From Amoebidium appalachense (taxonomy: Eukaryota; Protista; Ichthyosporea): DNA of 64,000 nt. Location: contig CAVNZM010000007.1 of assembly GCA_963693365.1 (NCBI GenBank), positions 7,995,962 through 8,059,961 of the forward strand. Reading direction: 5' to 3'. A program made the translations under genes and the position numbers. Below, piece by piece: positions 41,091 through 64,000 of the stretch. The notes beneath the pieces were generated by a model that ran no database searches, was not told where the DNA came from, and saw nothing but the letters and a program-made list of their open reading frames with translations. Each line of letters opens with the position of its first letter. The first letter of the stretch is position 1.

Positions 41091-42764
41091 ATTTTTGTTT
41101 GTGTATCACTAATGCAGCTATTCCGTTTTACGGACACCTCCACGGCCAACCAGATCTAGATCTGGCTGATATGCCACTCTCAGACTTTCGAGCTCCGCTG
41201 CTAAATATACGCATGCCCATGATAAGATAGTATCGATAGCACACTGCACAGAGGCTCCTATTAAAAGGCTCATTCAAGTATGTATTGTGAGCATATATTA
41301 CTTTTCTATGTCCATACCACCATTTGTTTGTAGCTGCTTTCCGCAATTACGTTCTCTTGGTGATTTGTATTTATTGCAGACCCTGTGAACCACGCACGGC
41401 TTTTCAACATACACATATTCGTACTCAAATAGCATTGGATAAATTTGCATTCCAAACGTTACAAAGTGAGTAGTTTAGCATGGCAACTCGTAACTTCGTA
41501 TATATGCTAACATGACTCACAGAAAGCTAGAGCAATATATATACAGGTGAAAATTTCCAAAAGAGCTGTTGGGTTGATTCCCCTTGTTGCTGATCACTTT
41601 CCATTTGCTATGTAGTTGCTTGCTTAGTACATGTATGTACACCCTGTGCCTATCAACAAAGCATGGGTAGCGGACACATCGTCAATTTAGTCCGGAGGAG
41701 GGCAAAACTTTTCAATCGTCGTTTGGGGACGGTGGTAAAAAACCGCCGTGTGCTAAAACGATCACGGTGCCTGGCCAGCCAGCCACAGGGTACACTGATG
41801 TGCGGCTAATTTGACTTCAATTCAGGACACTTGCCTCTAAGTAGAAACGCATTTAGGCCTATATGGAAGAAGATGAAGTGATTGCTGATGAAACTTCCTT
41901 CGGGTGAGGCTCGCGAATCACGCGGCCAGCTGCACTGTGAATTCGTTATAATGATTGGCAGGAATGTTTGCATGAGTATGAATGAGAGCCAGGCACGTGT
42001 GCACCTGATTTACCCTCCTCTAACCCGGCTATAAAACCCATATTCACGGCGAATTTTAGTCACTCGGTCGCCCACGTTACTCGACTGAGCACACGATGGT
42101 CTAAAACTTATGAAAGGTCGCTTATTCCTGTTAAAATTTAAACAAAGGGAAACGGATAATTGAACAACTCCAATAATTAGGCTCAACAGTTCTGGGCTTC
42201 TAAGGTAAGCACGCATAGTCACCTTTCGCGCACACCAGGAGTGTATGTGTTTTATGTAAAGTAGATAGTTGGATTGTTTTTCTGCAGAGGTTGGGGGATC
42301 AATTGTTTACGAGTATTTTGTTTGCATTTTCCTTATTTTCTTCTGCTTAAGAAGTGTGAAAGTATCTGGTGAACGTTTTCACTACTACGGTGGTGTTGCA
42401 GGAAAAAATAGTCTACAGAAAAAGTGGTCTCTGTTTCTGGATAGTAAAAAACTGGAAACTGTTCGTGCAAGGGGTGTTTTGAATTAGCCCGAGGCTCTGA
42501 CGGTTACGTCACTCAAGAGTCATATTTCCTTAGTGATTCTGTCTTTCGGGTTGTTGTTGTTGTTTATGGTTTCACATTTTGACTTTCTATTTGGAAAGGA
42601 CACACTTTAAGGAACTCTGCTTGGAAAACGAACTGCTTGCCTGTTTACGCATGTTCGGATGCAAACATGATGTTTATGTGACTTCTATGTACGCTCAACA
42701 TTTGTGTGAACTTCAACCCTTTTCTATTTGCCAACTCCCCTCTCCCCCCGCCCCCCCTCCCCCC

Positions 42765-42814
<50 letters not shown>

Positions 42815-43177
42815 ACACACACGTGGGCACAGTCAACCGCCCAGGTGGGTTTCTGCAGAAAAGGAGTAGGAAATGAGATAATACCCAGCAAATGATTCCA
42901 GTTTGAATCTTTGTTGTTGCTTGAACACTTCTTGCCTCGTGTTCTCCATTTCCAATTAGCAAGGAAGTTGCGACACCCCAAGTTTTTCTGCTCAAAGTGT
43001 ATATGTTACAGTTTGGTTTCTACCTTTTCCCATACTGCTGTGATTTGCTCATCTACCCCATAACAAACTATCCCATTGGAACAGAACCAGCACCAATCTT
43101 CCCCTGTGTGCACAAACCAAGAAAACCTTTCTTGATTTTGCATACCAACCACGGTTTCTCTTCTTCACGCAGGCAAC

Positions 43178-55949
<12,772 letters not shown>

Positions 55950-57002
55950 ATTTGCCATTTATGGAGATGTTTCCTTATATGGTTAATGTATCCCCTTTTG
56001 TTGGTGGATGATGTGGAGGGTTTGCGAGAGATGGCATGCGGAATGCGACAGGAATTTGGTGGAGCATGCGGAGGTTTTAGTTGCATGTTCTTGTGTTGCA
56101 CCTCCTTGTGCAACGCTGTATATCTGAATCAAAATATAGTTAACATGACAGAAGGATTTTATTTTTGCTTATTTGAATAGCTGATACATTACTGACAGTA
56201 CAGCTCTGCTCATGTTGCGGTCTAAAGCATGTGGGTTAATAAATATATTTGTATCTGATTTATGCATGAAGTTGATAGTGGATATATACTCCAGTCTTGG
56301 GTGTATATGTGGTGTAAACGGTACGTATACACGTAGGAACCACGGTGCCGCCAATAAGGTTCGGTCATTAATTTTCAGTAGTGGGCAGGTTCCCTAACTT
56401 TAATTCTGTACATGTGCTCGGCCTAGTGCTATGGTTTTCGGACGAGCTCTTGATAATATAAAATAAACTCCATTCAGCATCCATGTTGCACCTCTCCTAC
56501 CAGTAATCCTTTGAAGCTCCCTATTACGCAACCAAGCATCATTCACTCTTACATACTTACACACTTTAAAAAAAAACCTTATCCCCCACACAAGCACTTG
56601 GCGTGTGCTGGCCCCTGTACCCTGCCCTGCACCCTGCACAATGCACGCAAAATGCTACACATGTCTAGGCTAGGTGATGCATATGCTATGAGGTGCCAAC
56701 TACTAGTGTTTTAGCCCGCATTTTATAAGTGTACACTGCAGCTGGGTGGCGAGGTGAAATCCTTTTTTAGTTTAGAGACCATGAAGTATTAGAGGAGACT
56801 TCAGTTTAATCGTCGTCAGTACATCTTGTATATATCTTAAAAAAAACTGCGCCGCGGTGGTTACCGTATTGGTCGTTGTTTTTATTTTTCATTTTGTGTT
56901 TTTTCTTTTTTCTTTTCTTTCTTTCTTTCTTTCTTTTTTCCTTTTTTTATTTGGTGGCGGGTGGGTGGTTAGGTGGGTGGGTGGGTGGGTGGGTGGGTGG
57001 GT

Positions 57003-57074
<72 letters not shown>

Positions 57075-57698
57075 AAGGTAGGCAGGGAACGGCACAAATT
57101 TGCTGTGGGTGCAGGTGGACCAGGTGGTATGCTGTCGTCGTCGTGCCTGCACGTGTGTGTGTTGAGAGTGTGGATGGTAATAATCATTATTGATTGTGTG
57201 TGTGTGATGGGGGGAAAGGTGCCGGGGGAGGGGGGGGGGGGGGGGGGGGGAGGGGGGGACTGAATATTGGGCCACGACCAGAGGGTGTATATGCCCACGT
57301 AAGCACTTGGGGAGGCAGGAGTTGGGGTGGGGGGGGGGGGTAGCTTGATTCAGAAGAGGCCTGATAAAATATCCATTTATTCGAATTCTATGTGAATTCT
57401 ATCTCTCAGGACTTGAATAACGTGTTCAGAGTAGTAATCTGAATAATAAATACTCCCCGTGCATCCTTCAATTTTCAATCAAATTCTCCAGGGAAACGTT
57501 TAGAAATTCAGAGTACCGAAATTTGTTCAAGTTTAAATGAAATTCCGCAAGAATTATTACGGTGCCCTACTACATGCTGTAATCATATATCGCAGAAAGC
57601 AGCCTCACGGAACAACTTGAAGGATTCCAATCTCTGGACCTGCATTGACAACTACATGTACATGGTCGCACATACACACCACTTGTGGCCATGAATGC

Positions 57699-58133
57699 TC
57701 ACATCAAAACAGCAGCAATAAACGAAGCTACTGTCCCGGCAACATTTGCTGTTGCAGCACCACCGTTAGCAGTCCTGCGGCTGGCTTTCTGAGGGCCAGG
57801 AGGCACAGACGCCAGAACATGATTACACCTCTTGCACTTGTGGTTGGCCCATTTCCCCTTCCACGTCACCCCTTTGAGTGCTCTGGAGTTAGATGAAGGT
57901 GCCACAACTGGCTCGTTGCTGAGAACAACCAGTGTGCTGTCTGTTGTGTTGCACCGTGGGCAGGTGACGGTGCAGCTTTCACGAGCGGTGATGAGTTTTG
58001 GCGATGGGGCCCGGGGTGACGTAGGGGCTTGTCGAGGACTAGTCAGAGAGGTGTAGGCAGGAGGGGAGGTGGAAGAAATAGGCTCGCTGGAAGCGTATGG
58101 TGGCGGCGCCTCACCGGTGATTGTGGAAGCCAT
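57699..58133 (-). CDS. LITAF-like zinc-knuckle protein with PPxY motifs, 144 aa, intronless
   Basis: ATG preceded by an A-run. The N-terminus is P/S-rich with PPPY and PPAY. VTCPRC...HKCKRCNHVL matches the LITAF CxxC...HxCxxC pattern, and the C-terminus is hydrophobic (VAGTVASFIAAVLM). Confidence 0.7.
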   Translation of the reverse strand: MASTITGEAPPPYASSEPISSTSPPAYTSLTSPRQAPTSPRAPSPKLITARESCTVTCPRCNTTDSTLVVLSNEPVVAPSSNSRALKGVTWKGKWANHKCKRCNHVLASVPPGPQKASRRTANGGAATANVAGTVASFIAAVLM

Positions 58134-58346
58134 TTTTTTGAGAAGTTAGAAGGTGTGTGAAGCTTGTTTTTTTGTGCCCAAGAGGTGGCTGGCGGCAGTT
58201 CTCTTTTGAACTTGGATCTGCGGTGAGCTCTAACGCTAGATCAAACAGATCGTTAGAAGTTTCTTGCGTCACGATCCATGAATCAGATGTCTTTAAAAAT
58301 AACCAAGTTAAGCTACAATTATCATATATAGTACAATATGCAGTTG

Positions 58347-58384
58347 ATTGGTTCAGTAAAATGTCGATCTATTCTGTGACGTCA
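58347..58384 (-). promoter_or_regulatory. CCAAT box and perfect CRE upstream of the LITAF-like gene
   Basis: ATTGG 58347-58351 and TGACGTCA 58377-58384, about 215-250 bp upstream of the ATG at 58133. Confidence 0.5.
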
Positions 58385-58507
58385 TCTCTTCCGTGGCCCT
58401 GCCGCCAGTTTGGCGCGCGGGACGCCAGCAAGCGCATCTGCTGATCCCGAGTCTGCTGGGCCACGTGTAACGAGACGGACTGAGCTCGGTGAGAGCTGAG
58501 CTCGAGG

Positions 58508-58582
58508 TGTGTGGGTGTGAGTGGGTGAGTGAGTGAGTGAGTGAGTTAGTGAGTTAGTGAGTGAGTGAGTGAGTGAGTGAGT

Positions 58583-58613
<31 letters not shown>

Positions 58614-59205
58614 GGGGGGGGGGGGAGAGCAAGAGAGATAGAGAGAGAGAGAGGGAAGGAGAGAAAGAGAGAGAGAGAGGAAGAGAGAGTGTGCGTGCGT
58701 GTATGCGTGTGTGCGTGCGTGTGTGTGTGCGCGCGTGTGTGTGCACGTGTACATGTGTGTACATGTGTGTGTGTGTGTGCGTGTGTGTGTGTATTTTTGT
58801 GTGTCAGTGTGTGTATGTGTGTGTGTGTGTGGGGTGTGTGTGCGTGTCTGTGCGTTTGTGTGTGTGAGCTCAGTCAAGGTGTGTATGTGCATGTGTGCGC
58901 GCGTGTGTGCGCGCGCGCATGTGTGTGTGCGTCACGGTACGCGCGCGTGCGTGTCACGGTGTGTGTGTGCGCGCGCCAGCGCGCATGTGTGTGAGAGTAT
59001 GTGTGTGTGTGGTGTGACTGCGTGTGTGCGTGCGTGCTTGTGCATGCCTGTACAATTGACAATGTGTGCGTGTATGCTCGAGTGCCTATGCGTGCGCGCA
59101 CATGTGTCTGTTGTGTGTGTGTGTGTGTGCATGGTGTATGTGTGTTTTTTTTTGTGTGTGTGTGTGTGTGCGCGCGCGCGCGTGTGTGTGCATGTGTGTG
59201 TGTGT
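58508..59205. repeat. Compound (GAGT)n/(GA)n/(GT)n/(GC)n low-complexity tract
   Basis: Seen directly. Confidence 0.9.
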
Positions 59206-59805
59206 TGGGGCAGGTGACCTGGGGACTCGCGATCCTGGCCTCTGAGCCTCAACCTTTCTCATAAACCGGGTTTGATATGCAAAAGTAGCTCACAGAACTA
59301 CACTTTCCGGCAGGCTACGTGCCTCAGCGCACATAATATTGATTTGATATGTATTGATTCGGATTATTAAGAGCATTATATAAAAGGCGTTAAGGGTAGG
59401 AACATCGATAGATACCTCCAAATTAAATAGGACCCCTGGTCCCATAATGACCTATTCACAAACACAAGATTCGATACAAGCGTTTTGCACTGAACTAGCT
59501 CAGCGTACATGTGCGGCAATCTCATATAATAAACCGAATACCGTGATCTTTCGATCAGGTCATGACAGCAACACCACCGGCCAACAGAACACAATTCCTT
59601 CATGCAATCCATCTCACACCCGATTAAGCGCCCAATATATTTCACAACGGCTATGAAGCACGTATCGCAAATTCTACATCATCAGGAAACACAGTTACTT
59701 TATACAAAAAAAAAAGAAAAAAAAAAAAAAAAAAAAAAAAAAGACAAGAATAAAAGGGAAAAAAGGGTTAGAACAAGAACCGATATCACCGATACATCTT
59801 TGCAC

Positions 59806-61678
59806 TCACATGCACGTAGCCAAAATCACCAGCAGTCCGGCCACCACACTCACCATCAGTGTGGGCCGGTTATTGCTCCCAGCTGACGAGTGACTTGGGC
59901 TAGCAGACTGCGTGGCAGGGGTAGGGGCGCTAGTTGAAGTGGCGGGGGTTGGTTTAACGGAGCCAGATGATTGGCTACTTTGGTTACTAGCAGATGTCTG
60001 TGCTTGTGAGGTCGGTGTGTTAGATGGTGATGTTGTGCCTGTAGCAGAAGTGGAGGAGCTAGCTGGGTTGGGAGATTGCGAGGTGGGGGTAGGGGTGGGA
60101 GAGGGGGGAGTGGTGAGCGTAGTTGTAGGCGTGGGTGAAATGGTATCGGAACCGGGGGTGGGTGTCGACGTCTTGGGAATAATGCACTGTTTGGGATTAA
60201 CCCCGGCAGGCCGCGTTGCCGGATTGCCGCACGAATCCTTGTACACACTGGAGTCGTACCCAGTGATGTTCACCTCCCAGCCTGTAAAAGTGAAGAGGGT
60301 ATTTATGTTTGCGTCCTGCTGATTAGGCACCGTCATACGAACCGTCCCCTCGTTGTTCACCAAAGTGTCAATTTGGGTAGCGTCAATAGTGGTCTTGTTA
60401 GTGGGAAAATAGTCGTTGGGATATTTGAAAACACATGTGCCAATGAAATAATTGAAAAAGAAAAACCCCACCCAATCGACAGCGGCGCTTCGTGCCTCCT
60501 CTGGTGTCTGTGGGTTTTTCACAGGTGTGCTTGTGTATGTCCACTCGATATCTACCGTATACCCAATTTTCGTGGGGACAAAAACCTGGGCCTGAGCCAA
60601 CGTTACGCCCGTTGAGTTATTTGTAGCACCCGAAGTGATGGGGTATACCGTGCTGGCTTCGACCACATTTTTCTTCTGGTCCATAATGCTGATTTTGATG
60701 TTCTGTTGGGGTTTTTCCCGTATGAGTCAGTAAAAGACCAGAATATAGTAGCTCTCCAGGATAGAACTGGCACGTTTAACCACTATATAGTGTACACAAA
60801 AACACGCACATTCGTGTTTTGCATGCCACGTGCCGCTGTTCCCTCCCCCCCCCCCCCCCCCCCCTCCCAAACCACCACCACCACACACACATACACCCGC
60901 CCCCTTCCGCTCCTGCCACCCACCTTTGCCCCCTCCAATACCCCCCCCCCCCTCCCCCCCCCCCCCCCCCCCCCCAAAAAAAATAAAAAACAAAACAAAA
61001 AAAAAACACCTTCCTAAGTCCGATCGATATCCCCATAACCCTTCCCAGCCCCCCTTTTACTCCCCTCCCCTCCCCCCCCCCCCCCCCCCCTTTCCCCCTT
61101 TTCCTCATCCTCCCCCCTCCCCCTCCCCCTCCCCCCCCCCCCCCCCAAAAAAAAAAAAAAGAAAAAAGAAAAAAACGTGTATGCACCACCAAATCGGCCT
61201 CTCGAATGCACTTAGGTTGCCGCCACTAACAAGCATAACTAATATTAGACACACATGTCAACACACCGACACAAGGAACAGTCCAGACATGAGACACCTT
61301 GCAGGACACCACACATACATTGCGGTCACGCACACACAGGCGCGCGCGCGCGTGCGCCATACACACATTAACCACCACACACGCGCGCAAGCACGAGCGC
61401 ACACACAAACACACACATGTGCACACACACACACACACACACACACCACACACACAAAAGCAGGCAAAGGGGGAGAAAGAAAGTCTGGAGAGTCAAAGAG
61501 GGAGATAACTGGGGAGATTGCCTTGGAGCAAGCACAAGGCCACGGACCTCACAACCGTGCACACACACTCACGCGCGCACGCACACACACACACTCACAT
61601 GCACACGCACACACACGCACGCGCGCGCGCACACACACACACACACGCACGCACGCACACACACACGCACGCGCGGGT

Positions 61679-61748
<70 letters not shown>

Positions 61749-62682
61749 GAAGATAATCCAAACAAATTCGAAACTCTTTAACATACCGAGCAACGCAGCG
61801 GGTCAGAAACCACCTAGGAATGTGAAAAAGACTTCATTGCCGAGCGTAGAAGGGAACAACACATTGAGAGTTCACCGGCTATTAGCGTCTGAAAATGTGA
61901 GCGGAAGCTAACAACAAAAAGAAAATGCCATACTGTGTGTAAGTATGTAGGTGTATGTGGAAGTGGGGCTGTAACGGAATCCCTCGAGCACGTGTGTGCT
62001 TGTGCCTATAAACAAATAATTGTGTTTGTGTATACGTGTGGATAATTGGGAAATTGTGTTTCTTTGCTTGTGTGTGTTTGTTGGAGGGAGAGATACAGGA
62101 GGGGAGGACCCCAGGAGAGAGGGGATTGATGTTGATGTGAAATACCTGGCCTGCAATGTATCGAAGCTTAAGAAATCCCATTATAAATCACGTGGAAAGT
62201 GTGGTCTCCAAAAGCAAAACTCTAGCGAGTAAAGGGACCAAACAACCCACACTACCTGTATACACAGACTGAATTTAAAAAGGAGCTAAAAAGCAGTCGC
62301 CAAATATAACCCTTCTCGATTTCTGTAACAATACTGTTTGGTTTTCAGCAAAATTCGCTTGGCCATCCACAAATTTTAAAACTAATCGTGTTCAAACGCG
62401 GGTAACTCTACTAATACGCAACACCAACGTTGACACAACCACAGACACGCATACTCTAACCCAAAACATATAACATTGACACACACACACGGTTTTAATT
62501 AGCCACAAGCTCTGAGTTCAAAACAAACACAAGCACAAACAGTGCAAATCCACAAAACCCACCTCCAGAGTATGACCGTAAATCTTCCGACACCGGTCAG
62601 CCGGGTCCCCTGCAGCCTCCACAACGCCTGCACACATAGCGGCCACTGTGGCCACCGCTGCAGCCACCAAACATGTCTTCAT
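59806..62682 (-). CDS. Secreted, probably GPI-anchored cell-surface glycoprotein with an S/T/P-rich stalk, 2 exons, ~338 aa
   Basis: Exon 1 (62682-62563) encodes a signal peptide, [23 protein letters not shown], and ends GAG|GTGGGT in phase 0. Exon 2 (60702-59806) follows a CTGAC branch site and CAACAG| acceptor in phase 0. A globular region with Cys and N-x-S/T sequons leads into a mucin-like stalk and the tail [27 protein letters not shown]. Confidence 0.8.
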
Positions 62683-64000
62683 TTTCTCTCCTATTACTTT
62701 CAACCTTCAAAAGACTGATATTGTTTGTGTTGTGTTGCGATGTTGAACTGTGAGCGATTGGAGGTGTGCATGCCGTTTTACACAGCAACGCACAGATGCC
62801 AACGGGGGTTTAAAATAAATCACAACAATGCATGGCAAGATGGGAAATGGGGTTGACTCTAGGCTATATATGTAGTAGTTGTAGCGTGCATAAAAACAGA
62901 GTTTATACTATCAATCATGTCTGTATATATGTTAGCTAATAGCTGCTAATAGCTCACACTGTACCAAACTGTCCACACCAATAAATTATCCGTTAGGCTG
63001 TTAGCAGTTCTGAAATTCGATTCTTATGAGTAGGGGTTCAAGTCTATGGGAATCAATTACATCCAATCAGATGAAATATGTCATCTATTGGCCCTTCTCT
63101 AGATCTAGGGCTCCTGCATAGCTGTATGCATATCGTAAGTCATAAGTTCTTAAGGTAATGTATTGTGAAGCTCAAATATACGTTACACCTTGATAAGATT
63201 TATTTTTTCAATCTCCACATATCAAATCGGAGCTAGTATGTATGTGTGTTTACTGCATAGTGCGGTCTTGCCGGTGGGGACGTCCCCACCCGCGCGGGCC
63301 AGGGCCGAATTAGATCCGCGCATTTGGTTGGCGGTATCCTGGTTAGCCATTCTACGAAGGAGAGACTATGATCCGTGACTCCAGACTGACCGACACCGAT
63401 CCTTTATTTGCCGGGATAATCAAGAGTGTCGGAGTATCCGCCGATCCGGATATTCATTCCGACCGTACACCCCCCCCCCCCGGGAGAAAGCTTCGTCCCT
63501 GAAGCTTACCGGAGAGATGATGTTGTGTTGCCCATTTTTTTTTTTTGGCATGTGTGCTTTTGTGGACTAGTATCCTGTCTGTTGCAACTAGATCTGTTCA
63601 ATGCAATGAGAGTGGCGAGTGCGGTTTTTGTACAGGGGTTCGCACTGTTCCCTGGGTTTTGAAAGGGGAAACACTCTCAGAAAACTCCTCAGGGCTTTTA
63701 CGTTTCCTTAGCCCCCACGTGTGCTTTTGTGCACGGACAAACCATATGGCTACTAGCTCAGCTAGCCACCAGAGAGCGGGTGTGTATGCGATTTTATGGC
63801 TTGTCTCTTGTATGACTCATTCCATGTGTTGTGTCCGTGGTAATGGCTAACTGGTTGCAGGCAGGCATGTGGAACGGACATTTGTGCTTTCAGTGAAGCA
63901 GTGCACGTGAATTTATGCGTGCAGTGGTTGTTGCGTTTGCACCTAACACCTTACACGTTGCGCCTTTACATTTGCATCGTTAAATCATTGGAAGTTGTAC

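Noticed and set aside
61786-61907. Exon-like stretch in the surface-protein intron with two in-frame TGA codons ([15 protein letters not shown]...GGF*PAALL), suggesting recoding or editing
   Set aside because: Exon 1 joins the last exon directly in phase 0, this stretch would end in phase 1, and TGA serves as the stop in two genes in the window.
62995-63050. B-box-like GGTTCAAGTC suggesting a tRNA or SINE (similar motif at ~9752)
   Set aside because: No cloverleaf stems or properly spaced A-box could be built.

Overview
Eukaryotic, intron-rich genomic DNA saturated with G/C homopolymers and (GT/CA)n and (GA/TC)n microsatellites. Most ORFs in the supplied track are low-complexity artefacts. 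Five genes can be built by hand: (1) an intronless BT1 folate/biopterin transporter (-, 17233-19029); (2) an 11-exon ATF2/Atf1-like bZIP factor (-, 22435-31454) with a MAPK-docking/TPxP/NPF module, one probable homopolymer frameshift and a perfect CRE upstream; (3) a 24-exon full-size ABCG/PDR transporter (+, 43178-55949) with two GC-AG introns; (4) an intronless LITAF-like PPxY/zinc-knuckle protein (-, 57699-58133); (5) a two-exon secreted, probably GPI-anchored S/T/P-rich surface protein (-, 59806-62682). Non-autonomous DNA transposons include a pogo/Tc1-mariner element with TA target duplication, a hAT-like element filled with palindromic repeats and a 68-bp hairpin mini-element, and there are several local tandem duplications. 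The most unusual signal is intron architecture. Many splice sites sit on microsatellite ends, several acceptors lack a U-rich tract, and many introns carry complementary repeat blocks (GT..CA, G..C) that could fold the two splice sites together. The organism cannot be identified from the sequence; an opisthokont-like protist is only an inference from the ATF2-type motifs. All exon models are manual and need RNA-seq confirmation.
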